Below, in pieces: positions 35,933 through 48,895 of a stretch of 64,000 nucleotides of DNA (the first letter of the stretch is position 1; every line of letters begins with the position of its first letter). A program made the position numbers and the translations under genes. Source of the DNA: Raillietiella orientalis. Lineage: Eukaryota. The stretch lies in contig JAYWIR010000072.1 in NCBI GenBank assembly GCA_036172245.1, positions 310,001-374,000 on the forward strand. Reading direction: 5' to 3'. Below the pieces are notes generated by a model. The model saw only the letters and a program-made list of their open reading frames with translations. It searched no databases and was not told the DNA's origin.

Positions 35933-38877
35933 GCCAAGGGATTCGGCGGATGGGCTCGCAACGAACGGGCGTATTTGTACGCGCGTCGTCACGAGAGGAA
36001 CCCCAATGTCCGTCGCCTGGCCGAATACCGCGCCCGAGCCGAGCGACAAGCCTGGCAATCCGGGTCAGCCAGCATGCTGGATAACCTGGGCCGGGAACGT
36101 TCGTCCCCGTCTGCGGTACGGAATCTCGTGGGGTGTTTTTATTCCTCCCTTTACCTTAAAACACCACCCGAACAAGACGCCTCGCGGCGATTGCTCATGA
36201 GTGGTTCCGTGGCGATAGGGGAGGAGGAGAGAGAAAGCCTTGATGAGCCTTTCACGACCGGTGAAATTCTCGCCGGTATCAAAAGGCTCAAGAGGCGTAA
36301 GGCGCCAGGGGAGGACGGCTTGCCCGCGGAGTTCTTTCAGAGTTTCGCGGAAGAGCTGGCCCCCCTGGTGCTCTAGTTTACAAGGCGAATCCGAGACGAA
36401 GGCGATGTTGTTGCCTCGTTTTGGTCAGCCAGGGTAAGGGTCCTCCCGAAGGGAGGAGACCTCAGGAAACTTTGCAACTGGCGTCCGATCACGATTGTGA
36501 ACTCGGACGCCAAGTTGATTGCCGGGCTGTGGGCTTCGCGATTGGGGCAAGTGTCCAATTCCATAATTAGCCCGGAGCAGATTTACGCTGTTCCCGGGCG
36601 AAGTATGGAGGACAACCTCTTCTTCGCGAGCACATGGATGCACGCGCAGCGGAGTAATAAAGAAGGGAAAGGGAAAATTTGCAACCCTACTTTGGGGCCG
36701 CCAGTGGGACAGGGAAGGGACCCTTATGCGGGAAAGTGGGCGTTAGCGATCGCAGTCGACCTCCATAAGGCATTCGACTGTGTTGACCAGGAACTCCTCT
36801 TGAAGCTCCTGGGTCGCATGGGCTTCCCACCCTCCTTGATTACCTACCTGCGCTCTTGCTGGCGGAACGCGATAATCTCAATCACTTTCAGTGGACAAAA
36901 GGTGTTTGGCGTGCCGGTGCGGCGGGGCATAAGGCAGGGCGATAGCCTCAGCCCCCTGCTCTTGAGCACCTACTTTGAGTTGGTGCTGAGAGCGTACAGG
37001 GTGACTTTGTCCCCCTTGCCGAGCTCGTGTCCCGGCACGCCAGCCGTAGCGGCGTATGCCGACGATCTTCTGCTCCTCTTACCTATGTCCATCCCGGCGA
37101 AGGCGGTCGGAGATTTCTTCGACCTGCTTAGCCGTGGGACCGGATTACAGGTTAACAGGGCAAAGTCGTCACTGTTGCCAGTTGGAGCGACGTGGGCAGG
37201 GCAGCAGGACTAAGTCCGTCTGGGGATCCCCACGGTGAGGTGCATCAAGTACCTCGGTGTGCCGTTGGGGGACTTCTCCCCTGCGGAAGCGTGGTCCAGC
37301 TGCCTCCAAAAAGTCGAGACGGCGATCGGCCCGTTCCTGGAAGGCAAGTTTCACTTGCCGGAACGGGCCGCGGTTTGTAACGCCTTCGCGGCCCTCATCC
37401 TCTGCGCCTTGCTTTTTGTTTGCCCCGCCCCCGTGGAATCAAAAAAGCGGACGAAGGACCTCCTCCGCATAGCTCTTTGGGGCAAGGGGAGGCCCCGTGT
37501 CCCTTTGAAGGACTTGTGCGCTCCGCGTCGGGACGGCGGTCTCAGCATCCTGACGCTGGAGCGCGTGGAAATCCAGCTGCGATGGCGGACCCTCGCCATC
37601 GCAGCGAAGATGTGGAGCACCGCTTGGTGCATTCTGGCCCGCCTCCTGGCCAGACGTGTGTCCCGCTGCGAAGGACTTGCATCGTTTCTTCTGTGCCCTG
37701 GCCGGAAGATTCGAAGATGCGGTCTAATGCTCGGCCGCATGGCAACCCTGGCAAAGGAGAACGACTGGATGGTTTGTTGCCCTGCTAACTCCTCCGCTTG
37801 GCTGGAAGAGACTGCTGGCACCTGGGCCAAGCAGAACCAGAGGTGCGAAGACCGGATGAACTGCCTGCGAGTCGGCTTTTACGCCCGCCGCACTCTCCGT
37901 GAAATTCTTGAATTTCCACCGAGTTGCACGTGGGCGGAAGGCACACCCTTTGTTACGGCGATGCTCTTCCTCCAAAGGGCGCTTCACCGAAGCCGGAAGC
38001 CAAGGTGGCAAGTCTGCTGCCGTATCGCAGGCAGAGAGAAGATGATGAGCGGCTGGACCATGGGAGAGTTGACAGATGCAACGAGCCCTAGTCTCCAGCC
38101 GCGTGGATTAAGAAGATGGGGCGACCTGCTCGGCATTCGATTGGATGACCTGGAGTGGCCCCCGGTTCTACTTGGATCCAGGATTCTCCCCTTGAAGTGG
38201 CAAGAATCGGCGCTTCTGTGGCTGCATTGGGGTCTACCCTGCAACGCGCGCCGCTTCCACTGGACGCGGGGAAGAGTAAATCCTGCGTGTGCCAGGTGTG
38301 GGGAGCGGGATTCGCTCCCCCACCTCTTAGTTGAATGCCCTGCCGTTCTGATTCTTTGGGATCGTCTGAAAACGGCCCTCCGGATACCGGATGGTGGCAA
38401 TGTTGGATGTGTCTTCAGTCTTTTCTTCGTGCGGGACGCCCTCAGTCCAGCCGCAGCCCTGGCAGCACTTTGCTGCATTCGTGGTATCGTGGCGGCCTGG
38501 AATGATGCCGAAGATGAAGACTGCATAGTGAGGGACGTCATCGAGTATGCTTCTCGCTTCCTGCAGAGAGCTACCCGATGGCCCTATCTAGGAAAGCTGA
38601 GAATGGAACTAGAAGGCATCCTGCAAAGGATGGGCGCTCCCAGCAGTTTTCTGTGATCCCTTTCCGGCCCTCCAAACTTTTTTTTGTGGTTTGTTTTTCT
38701 CTTTTATTTTATTTTTGTTTTTTCCTCCATCCTTCTCCACTGCCGAGGAGAGCCTCACCGGGCTGCGTCCCGGTGTCCCGGCAGTTCCGGTATTGCGTGG
38801 CCGTCAGTGGGGCCTTGTACCACGTTCTGTATTGACCGTTGAAATGTTTTTAATAAACGTCCCGGCGTATCCGGGTG
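35933..38877 (+). mobile_element. ORF2 from AKGFG to 3' end (subfamily C ORF2 type), few stops
   Basis: ORFs 36497-37213 and 37235-38656; AATAAA at 38852-38857 then CGTCCCGGCGTATCCGGGTG. Confidence 0.93.
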
Positions 38878-41474
38878 GCATCACCAAACCCGGCAGGCAG
38901 GAGGTTCATAGGGACCTCGTCGCAAAAATTCCGGACCGATCGCTTGAAGCGGTTTCAGTCCTGAAGCGTATGCAAGCTATAACCTCGTATGAATCCGCCG
39001 AGATTCTCCGCGGCTTCCGGAAGTTTCAGCCAGTCCCCCGGGAAGCGCCACGCAGATGACGGCGGACCCCTATCGCGTGGGCGCACCTCGAGTACGATCC
39101 GGTCATGGTCCGACAGTTCCGACGGTAACTTGCCGCGCCTGCCCACGCGTGAGCATAGGTGCTGGTCAAGAAACACGTGATCTATGCTGTCTACCATTTC
39201 CGGATCTCCCGCGAACAAGTTGCGCGTGTGCATCTCTGCGCACAGCTCGTTCACGCGGTCCCGAAGTGTGTCGGACGCACCTGACAGCAGGCGTAGGTTA
39301 AAGTCACCTGCGATTAGGTGCGCTTTGCTCATTCCCGCTTCGTCCAGATATTCGCGTCTCAGGATAAGGAAGAAATCTCTTCTTGCCTTTGCCCTTAGCG
39401 CGTCGCTGCCGCTTGGGGCGTACACGTTGGTAATGACCAGATCGATGGAGTCGGACCACCTGATGGTCAACTGCCCGACGCGCCCGGCACTATGGAACCG
39501 TACGCCCTTCGCCGCAGCCTCGACAGCTGGACGAAGCAGGAACGCGACACCGCAAGATTTAACGGTGCCGCAACGCCACAGCAGCCGTCCACCCGAGATA
39601 CGCTCGATCTCCGTTGCTTAGTCTGCGGAGATCACGTAGATCTCTTGCAGCAGCACCAGGTCGAGCGATGCCAGGGTGGAGGCCACGTCTCGTCTCTTGC
39701 CGTCGTCGCTTAGTCCGTTGACGTTCCAACAAGCAATTCGCAGACGGCGGCAAGAGGCGATTCCCGGCATTAAGGCTGGGAACGTGGCGTTGCAGCAACT
39801 GTCAATGGACAGGTGGGACGGACGAGTAAGGGGACCGCGGCCATCTCAGGCACTTGAAGCACCTGGGGCACAGACTCTACCCTTTCCCTACCTCTCGAGG
39901 AGAGTCCCCGGAGTTCCCCACTTAATTCGCACGCTTTCTTCTTTCAATTAACTCTTTCTTTTCCATGGACGGGATAATTTTGCGGGTAGCCTTCTTCGTG
40001 CGATTGGCCTTCGGGCGGGAGGGCGCGATGCCGCAGGCTGTGTTTTCCGCCTCTGCGTCAGAGTTCGGAATCTCCGACTTCTTGATCGAGGTCGGACGCC
40101 CTAAGGCCTTTTTCGCGGATTTAAGGGGACGCAGCAAGGACGCAACGAGCTCCTCCACCGCTCGCTCGAAGGCGACGTCGTCGAGCATGCGTTCGACGAC
40201 GGACCCCACCGCCGGGTCGATAGACTCCGGCATTAATTTGCCGGAGGGCTAAAAGTCGGCAGCGACGAGTGCAATTTTGCCGCTCTGTTCGACCGCAGAA
40301 ATGCGCTTGATGACGACAGAGCAGCGTTTGATATTTTCGCGACGCTGCAAATTCTCGCTGCGTTTCGCGACAGTTTTTTTTTTTTCTTCCTTGAGGCTTT
40401 TCTGCCTCTTGGATTTTACTACCTGCCATCCAAATTCCTGGCCGTTCTCCTCGACCTTGTCCGAGTTTTCCAAGATCTCGGAGCTGACCTTCACCTGGGG
40501 CACGATAGTTGTTTTACGAGCGGCGGCTCTCTCGCGGGCTGCCTGAACTCGTCTTTTTCTCGCCGCGCGCTTCTTCGCATTCCGTGCGGACGCGACGCGG
40601 ACTTCATTTTGCGAAACACTGGAAGAGTGTGCCCGGGTTGCTTGCATTGCTTGCACTGCAAGTGGGGGCACCTTTTTTTCAGGTGACCTGAAGTGCTGCA
40701 ATGCCCGCAGAAATGCGGCTTACCGACATACCAGATGTCAACGGGTTCGCCGTTGACCTCCAGCTTGTTAGGTAGAAAGCAACCCTCGCGTACCGTGATG
40801 CGCGCGGAAGCCATACCGCAATTCAGGAGATCGTACTCCCAGAACGGAGTCGGCCTTTTCCACAACGCGTGGACAGTCCCAAATTTAACTAGTTCCTTTC
40901 GGACAGCCTCTTCGGCCATCCGGAAGGTGATTCCGAGGAGGTGGATCACGATAGATCTATCCTCCGTGATGGGGAGGAGCCGGCGATTCCCTAAAGGAAC
41001 AGGTGTACGGAGCAGACGCTGGTCAAGACTTGCTTCTTTGCAAATCACCTCAACGTACTGTACACCACTCCTGATGGTCATCGCGAAGAGCTCCTCCTGT
41101 GGTACTTTGAGGGAGTGCATCGCTTTCGAGAAAGCGCGTGCACTCTCGAAGGAGTAAAGTTGCCTACCTTGTAGAGTAGAGGGGGATTGTACCCCTCCTC
41201 CAAGTAGGCTTTTAACTCAGCCGCAGCTGCTCGCGTTGGCGCCGCAGCCACGGAACTCCAGCTTCTCCCTATCTAGGGAGTCGCTTCTGTGGGAGCGGTT
41301 GCCCCCACATCCATTGATTCAGGAGGCGGCATAGACGTCGACACCTCCTTAACATTGGTGGTGGTCCCAGGCATTGCCGCCTAGCCACCACCGAATCCAC
41401 TGGCACACCAAGAAAAAAAAGAAAAAAAAATAAAACCACAAACGCTCAAGAGCGAAACAAAAACCCGTCCGCTC
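38878..41474 (-). mobile_element. 5' end, ORF1 and APE, cut at PAGFG
   Basis: ORFs 40491-41120 (CGHCSTSGH, CKQCKQPGH) and 38955-39470 (NVYAP, GDFN, IDH, SDH); TAATG junction. Confidence 0.9.
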
Positions 41475-44400
41475 ACGCTCGAGGACTGGAACGATCTGAA
41501 AAGATCGGTCCGCGAGTTCTGCTGCCGGTTTCCCTTGCACCAGCATCCGCGCGGCTTCGGAGAGGGCGTAGCCAACAGCAGAGATTTTCTGCAGGCCCGC
41601 TCCTTTTCCAGGCGCGCGGACGTTGGTCGATTATCCGAGTACAAGGCCAAGGCCGAGAGCCAGGTCCGGCAGTCAGGGGCGACAGTTCTGCTCGACGACC
41701 AGGACCGGGGATGCTCGGCTCCAGCCAACGTGCGACGGATAGTCAGGCGCTATTACTCTTCTCTGTATGCAGAGGCACCGACGGAACGCAGCCTCTCCCG
41801 GCTGCTTCTGCCGATTGATGCACCTGTTGTAGACGAGGAGGAACGCGCGCGTCTTGATGAGCCCTTCACGGCAGAGGAAATTTCCTCGGCCATCTCGGGG
41901 CTCAAGAGACGAAAAGCGCCAAACGACGATGGACTCCCCGCGGAATTCTTCCAGTGCTTTGCGGCGGAGTTCATCCCACTGGTGCTATAACTCTCGTCGC
42001 TGATGCGAGACGCGGGCGATGTCCCCGCCTCGTTGCGCTTAGCGAAGGTGCGTCTCCTGCCGAAAGGCGGAGATTTGCGCCAACTGAACAATTGGCGTCC
42101 GATCAGATTAGTGAATTCGGACGTCAAGTTGTTCTGGAAACTTTGGGTGGCGCGGATGGGAAGGATCGCGGAGTCTTTGGTGAGTCCGGAGCAGACCTTC
42201 GCTGTTCCTGGGCGGTCCATAAACGCGAACCTGTTGTTCATCCGCACATGGCTGCAATAGCAGCATCGCATGGCGATGGATCGTCGTGCGGAAGCGACGC
42301 CTTTGATCTCTCACCGACGGAGGCGCGTGTCGCAATGGGAAACCCCGGGAGCCTTGGCGGTTGCAGTCGATTTGCACAAAGCTTTCGATTGCGTGAACCA
42401 AAAGCTTCTTCTTGAGCTCTTTGAACGTCTGTGCCTCCCTGCATCTTTATTGGCGTACTTGCGCTCCTGCTGGCGCCACGCGATTACATTCATTGTTTTC
42501 TGTGGCTGTCGCGTGTACGGCGTGCCAGTACGGCGAGGAATTAGGCAGGGCGATAGCTTAAGGCCGCTGCACTTTACCATCTATTTTGAATTGGTGCCGG
42601 AGGCTTACAGGCTGACGCTAGCAACCGTGCCGAGCTCCTGTCCAGGTACGCCGTCCGTGGCAGCCTATGCAGACGACCTGCTTCTTCTGTTGCCCATGTC
42701 CACCCCGGCAGCGTCACTTGAAGATTTCTTTGAGTTGATCCGTCGCGGTGCAGGCGTGAGCGTCAACAGAAGCAAATGCATGGTTGTTCCGGTGCGAGCG
42801 ACGTGGGAGGGGCATTCCGAATGAATCTACCTAAGGATCCCCACAGGCAGGTACCTGTGGTACCTTGGCGTGACGTTGGGAGACTTTTGCAATTCAGAAG
42901 AGTGGTCGGACTGCCTTCGGAAGGTAGAGCGTGCACTTCGCATGTTCTCAGGAGGCGAGTTCGTCTTGCCGGAACGGGCCAGCATCTAGAACGCCTTCGT
43001 TGGCACCCTTTTCCGCTCCCTGTATTTTGTTTGTCCACACCCCCAGGAAGTCAAATTCTGGGCGCAACGCCTTCTACGCAAAGCGTTGTGGGGCCCTGCA
43101 AGATCCCGCTTAAGACTTAAAGACTTGGCGCCACCGCGTCAGGATGTAGGCTTGGGCATCCTAGACTTGCAAAGCATCGATCTGCAGGTGCAGTTTCGAA
43201 TGCTGGGGCTCTGTGCCAAGCTGTGGTGTACGCCGTGGTGCTTACCCGCACGCCTTATACTGAGGCGCTGCACGGGAAGGGAGGGACTGCTTTCGTTGCT
43301 ACCCCACTTTCGGCACACCAGAATAGGGTTTGGCTTCCCGCTGAGGCAGCTGTCCTCACTGCTGGAAGCCCAAAGCTGGATCTCCTACCGCCCCATGAAC
43401 ATTAATGCATGGCGGCGGGAATCTTTTTCATCGTGAGCAGCTTCCGAAGGAACGCGCCCGGAAGATCTTCGACGCCTGCGACTTCTCCTCAGTCATCAAA
43501 TGGACAAAGTCATGCAGGACAAGAAGTTATCGGATCGTCTGGCCGCCACATCACTCGCTGCAGCGCTGTCTGCCCTCAGGGCAAGCAACGACGGTTGCCT
43601 ACCGGCGGAATGGGAGTTTTCCTGCAAAATAGCGGGAGTCAGTAAGCTCCTCGGCAGCTGGACGACAAAGGAGCTGGTGCAAGCCGCCACACCTCGGAAT
43701 CGGGCGAAGGGCCTGCTTCGGTGGAGCGAACATTTAAGTGTGCCCCCGGAGAGATAGTGGTTCTTCCGTTTGTTTGGACAGCTCCGTGTTCCCCCTAAAG
43801 TGGAAACAAGATCTGCTGCTCTTTTCACATTGTGCATTACACTGTAGTAGGCAGCGAAGCATCGTTTCCGGGGAAGCTGCTTTGCCAAACTGTTTAAGGT
43901 GAGAAGAGATCGAGTCTTTTCCGCACCTTCTGCTGGACTGCACTGACCTCTGGAAACTGTGGCGAAAGCTCACTTCGGCCATCATGTCACAAAGAGGCAC
44001 TGCCATTGATGTGCTGCGGCGCTTCTTCAGCAGCAATGGACTTTCGGTTGCCGCGACTGTAGCAACCATGTGTTGGGTTCGCGCCATCGTGAAGGCCCCC
44101 TACGCCCTGAAGTTGTCAGCGCAGCGAAGGTAGGCTCACCTGCTTGCACCTCAATTCATGGAAAAGGCTTCAAAGTGGTCTCATCTTCGTGACAAGGTGA
44201 AAGAGGACATCACCGGCATACATCGCCGGTTTACACACCTTTGAGAACGGCGTAATCCGGTGACCCCTGCGACCTCTCGCCCACCCATACCCCGTCCCCG
44301 TTCGCTTGTTAAAATTTCCGGTGCCTATGCTTTTATCTCCGTGTCTTGCAGAGCGATCCCAAAGACCCTTATCCCGTCCTCCTTATTCATTGTTTTTATT

Positions 44401-44594
44401 TTATTTTCGTTTCTTTGTGTTCACCAACCCTTCACACGGTTCTCAAAACTGTTACTCTGGCCTGCGTGCCAGCAATATTCTCTTCATTCTTGTTCAGTCG
44501 TCGGTTGGGAGTTTGGTTCCCAACTGGTTTATTTTGTAAAATTCCTTTTTTTTGCTTCTGTTATATGGAATAAACGCTTCGGCGTGACCGAGTG
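41475..44594 (+). mobile_element. ORF2 from LEDWNDLK to 3' end (subfamily E)
   Basis: ORFs 41535-41990, 42003-42260 and 42270-42824 (AYADD); AATAAA at 44569 then CGCTTCGGCGTGACCGAGTG. Confidence 0.92.
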
Positions 44595-46524
44595 AGAAAT
44601 CTCTTGCGCTTGTTCTGCGGAGATCACGCGGATTTCCTGCAGCAGCGCAAGGTCGTAGGACTCCAGAAGGGCGGCCATGTCTCGTGTCCTGCCGGCATCT
44701 GTCATGCCCTTCACGTTCCAAACGGCGATGCGCAGACGACAGCGAAGGAGATTCCCGGCATTACTGCTGGGAAGATTAAGGTTTGGGGGAGCCCGCCTCT
44801 TGCGAGGCGGGCGGAATGTCCATGGGGGTTACGGCCTTCTCAGGCACCTGAGGCACCTGTTCGGCCTCTACTTCTTCCATCCCCTCCGTGTCCGTGCGTG
44901 GGAGTCTCTCGGGCGACGGGTCCCGCGAGTTTCCCACGCTCATGGCACCCTTGCTCGCGGAAGCCATCTCTTCCCCTTCGACGGGAGAAACGAGCTTCCT
45001 TGGCTTTGTGGACTTACGTCCAGCCTTCTTGCGAAGTGCCGTGGAAACGAAGGCTTCGCTTCCGGCCTCCACCTCGTGGTCGGTGGTGGGGGACTCCTGA
45101 GGGGAAGCCAAACGCCTAAAGGCCTTCTTGTCTGCCTTGGAGGGTTCTGGCTGCAACGAGGCAGCCAGTTCCTCCGTGGCTCGCGCGAAGGCTACGTCAT
45201 CGATGGTGGTGTCGATGACGGACGCCGCCGCCGGCTCGCTCCCGTCGCTGTTGACAGAGTCAACAGGGAAGAGGTCGTCGGTAGCGGGGAGTTCTTTCTG
45301 GCAGCGTTGGGTAACATCGGGAATGCGTTCCACGACGACTGTGCACTCTTTAATTATCGCGATACCCTGCTCTTTCTTCTTCTGTTGGTAGGCGATTTTT
45401 TTTTCCATCCTCCTCTCCTTATTTGATTTTTTGGCCGTACCCACCTGCCACCCAGGCTCCTTGCTTGTTTTCTCGACTCGTTCGGCGTTGTTCGATGGGG
45501 TCTCGGGTGCGGCCTGGTCCTTGAGCGCGGTTGGCACAGCCTTCGCGGCAGCTTTCGCCACCAGCATTTTCTGCAGAAGCCTGGCACGTTTTATAAGGTT
45601 TCTCTTGGAAACCACCTGCACTGCTGCTTTAGGGCACACCTCCCTGGTGTGTCCCATGGTTCCGCATACTTGGCACTGCACATTGGGACACCTCTTTTTG
45701 AGGTGGCCCGACGTATTGCAGAAGCCACAGTATTTCGACTTCCCCACATCCCAGAGGTTGACGGTTTCGCCTTCGACCACCAGTTTGTGGGGAAGAGTGC
45801 AGCCCTCCTGAACAGTCATGCGCGCAGCAGGGAGGCCGTGTTGCAGCCCCGTGAAGTCCTCGAAAGGACTAACTTTCGTCCACTGCGCGTGGACCGTTCC
45901 AAATTGTTCTAGAGCGGCGCGAACCTGTTCTTTGCGCATTCGCCCGGTTACGCCTAACAGGTGTACCACCATGCTGCGGTCCGCCGCAGTGATGAGGAGC
46001 CTGCGCGTCCATATCACAACGGGGGTTTTAAGCTGTCGTTGGGCCAGGTCTGCTTGTTTGCAGATGACCTCAACGTACTGACCCCCGCTGCGGATGGTCA
46101 TAGCGCTGAGCTCCTCCTCTTTCACATCGAGAGCGCGCATGCCCTTCGAGAAGGCGCCCGAACTCTCTAAAGAATATAAATTGCCTACCATGTAGAACAA
46201 TGAGGGGTTGTACCCCTCCTCTACATAGGCCGACAATTCCGCCGCGGCTGCAGGCGATGGCGCCGACACAACGGCGCTCCACGCCCGCGCTGCAGCGGGG
46301 ACCGATTCTGTGAGGGCGGATGCCCCCACCTCCATCGCCTCTGGGGACGACGTTGCCGCCGTCCCCTGGCTCTCCATCGCCTCTGGGGGCGCCGTTGCCC
46401 CTGCCCGCTGACCATCCCGGGTGGTCGCGTCAGGCATCGCTGCCGGATCGACCACCGAACCACACGACGCTTGCCCTGGGGGAGACTTCCTGGCACAAGG
46501 AGCACAGAGAAAACACGTCAACCC
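44595..46524 (-). mobile_element. 5' end, near-intact ORF1 and APE start (subfamily D), cut at QEIS
   Basis: ORF 44776-46521; APE AVWNVKGM..LLQE..QEIS. Confidence 0.92.
44776..46521 (-). CDS. Gag-like ORF1 protein (two CCHC knuckles, disordered acidic tail); probable ATG at about 46437
   Basis: 581-codon open frame with CGFCNTSGHLKKRC and CQVCGTMGHTREVC. Confidence 0.85.
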   Translation of the reverse strand: MTCFLCAPCARKSPPGQASCGSVVDPAAMPDATTRDGQRAGATAPPEAMESQGTAATSSPEAMEVGASALTESVPAAARAWSAVVSAPSPAAAAELSAYVEEGYNPSLFYMVGNLYSLESSGAFSKGMRALDVKEEELSAMTIRSGGQYVEVICKQADLAQRQLKTPVVIWTRRLLITAADRSMVVHLLGVTGRMRKEQVRAALEQFGTVHAQWTKVSPFEDFTGLQHGLPAARMTVQEGCTLPHKLVVEGETVNLWDVGKSKYCGFCNTSGHLKKRCPNVQCQVCGTMGHTREVCPKAAVQVVSKRNLIKRARLLQKMLVAKAAAKAVPTALKDQAAPETPSNNAERVEKTSKEPGWQVGTAKKSNKERRMEKKIAYQQKKKEQGIAIIKECTVVVERIPDVTQRCQKELPATDDLFPVDSVNSDGSEPAAASVIDTTIDDVAFARATEELAASLQPEPSKADKKAFRRLASPQESPTTDHEVEAGSEAFVSTALRKKAGRKSTKPRKLVSPVEGEEMASASKGAMSVGNSRDPSPERLPRTDTEGMEEVEAEQVPQVPEKAVTPMDIPPASQEAGSPKP

Positions 46525-46549
46525 TCGAGCGCATCAGGCGTTCGATTTT

Positions 46550-48895
46550 CACCCGGATCTCGCCGGGGCGTTTATTATAAAACAAACATTAACAACGGCG
46601 TGCAGTGGCTGGACCATTGCTCCAGTCACGCACGAAGAAACACTGAGCCTGCCGGGTCACCGGTTCGCAGACCGGTACGGTCCACCACGGCAGCAGGGGG
46701 AAGAAACAAAAACAAAAAACAAAACAAAAAAGAAAAGAAAACTTGGGAGGGTAACGGAAGGGATCACAGTTCCTGGTGGGGCCGTTGAATTCTTTGCAGG
46801 ATTCCGGCAAGCTCCTTCTGTATTCCTGGATCCAGGTGGGGCCATCGGGACGCCCTCCTCAGGAACTGGGATGCTGGCTGGATGGCACCCTGGTCGCGTT
46901 GACCTTCCGTTGCCTTGCTCCAAGCGGTGACGATCCCGCGTGGGCAGCACAAAGCTGCTAACGAGGCCGCTGGCCGAAGGGCGTCGGCAACGAAGAGGGC
47001 TTCCAGTGCGTCCCTGGGGTTGCCGTAGGGGAGTCCGATGGCCGCGGCAAAGCGAAACCAAAGGCGATGAACAGAAACACAATCCACTAGCAGGTGGGGG
47101 AGGGAGTCCCGTTCCCCACACCTGACGCAATTGGGGTCCACCGGTCCCCAGGTCCAGTGGTGTCGGCGGGCGTTGCAGGGGAGTCCCCAGTGCTGCAACA
47201 GGAGAGCCGACTCCTGCCATTTGAAGAGAAGGGCGGAAGTGTTCTTGAGCACCGGGGGACACTTCGGATGTTCAATGGGAACACCGAGCAGCGCGCACCA
47301 GCGCAGAAGTCCATTGGGAGGCGTACTCGGCTACGCAGCGTCTGTTAACTGGACCGTCTTCCACTCTCCAATCTTCTTTTTCTTTCCGGAGATTGTTACT
47401 GTAACCACCCACTTCGCCGCAACATCGCTGTCCAGATCTTCCATCAGGGAGGGCAGCGCAGCAGCGAGGGGGGTTCTTCCTGCCCACGCTCTCTTCTTTG
47501 GATCTTCCAGGATCTCGTGGAGCGTGCAACTTTTGTAACCCCCAAACAGGAACCTTCGTTCCTGTTGGGAGCGTTGCATGCCGAACTGTCCCCACGTTCG
47601 AACGGTTTCCTGCAACCAGGCACTACCGTTAAACAAGCGACAGGTGAGCAATCCTGGGTTTTTCCGATACAGCGCAGCCACCTCCATAGCTGAGTCCGCA
47701 TCGGTTGACGCGGCGACGGAGTGCAAGAAACGACGTCAGTCCCGCCTTGCCGATGGCTTGCTGGAGAAGGAGACGTGCAGGGACGCACCAACAGCTTCAC
47801 CACAACTCTGGAAGGAATGCCGACAAGCGGAACTGGAGCTGAAGCTCCAGCCGCTTCAGCGTCAGGAGGCCCAAACCACCATCCCGACGAGGAGCGCACA
47901 AGTCCTTTAAGCGGACTCGGGCCCTCCCGTTGCCCCAAAGGGCGATACGGAGGAGGTCCTCTGTCCGCTTTTTAATTCTCTCTGTTGGGGGGCAAACGAA
48001 AAGCAGGGGGCGGAGGAGAGGAGCCGCGAACGTGTTCCAAACAGCGGCCCGTTTAGGCAGGAAAAACCTGCCGCCTCGGAACGGGTCGACAGCCGTCTCT
48101 ACTTTTTGGAGGCAGCCGGACCACGCTTCCGCAGGGGAGTAGTTTCCCAACGGCACACCAAGGTACTTGAAGTACCTCACCGTGGGGATCCCCAAACGGA
48201 TTCAGTCCTGCTGCCCTGCCCACGCCGCACCAACTGGCATCACGGACGACTTCGCCCTGTTCACCGTAAGTCCGGTTCCCCGATGCAGCAAGTGGAAGAA
48301 CTCCTCGACCGCCGTAGCCGGGGTGGACATAGGGAGCAGCAGCAGAAGGTCGTTCGCGTATGCTGAAACGGCCGGCGTACCGGCACAGTCGTGCGGCAGG
48401 TGCGCCAGAGTTCCCCTGTACGCTCTCAGTACCAACTCAAAGTAGGTACTGAAGAGCAAGGGGCTCAGGCTGTCTCCCTGCCGGATCCCACGCCGCACCG
48501 GCACGCCGTGCACGGTCTGCCCGCTGAAAGTAACATTGATGAGTGCGTCGCGCTAGCAGGAGCGCAGATAGGTTACTAATGAGGCCGGGAAGCCCAAGCG
48601 TTCCAGAAGCTCCAGAAGGAGATTCTGGTCGACGCAATCGAATGCTTTTCGCAGGTTGATTGCGACCGCAAGGGCTTCCTCCCCTACCCGACCATCCAAC
48701 ATCTTGCCGGCGCACGCACCGGAATTCCGGCTGCGCACCAAGCTCCTTTCATGTTGGAGCTCTAGCCAGGTGGAAGCGTGGAACAGGTTCGCCTTCATGC
48801 TTCGCCCTGGAACAGCATATGTCTGTTCCGGGCTGATGAAGATGTTGGCAATCCGTCCCAGACGCTCTGCCCAAACCTTTGCTACCAACTTGGCG
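46550..48895 (-). mobile_element. ORF2 from AKL (RT) to 3' end (subfamily D)
   Basis: INLRKAFDC, RRGIRQGDSLSP, AYAND; highly similar to 29904-31890; hairpin at 46550-46576. Confidence 0.93.

Noticed and set aside
27700..41580. About 80-bp TSD around the 27803-41474 block
   Set aside because: The overlapping segments are homologous but too diverged compared with the state of the surrounding copies
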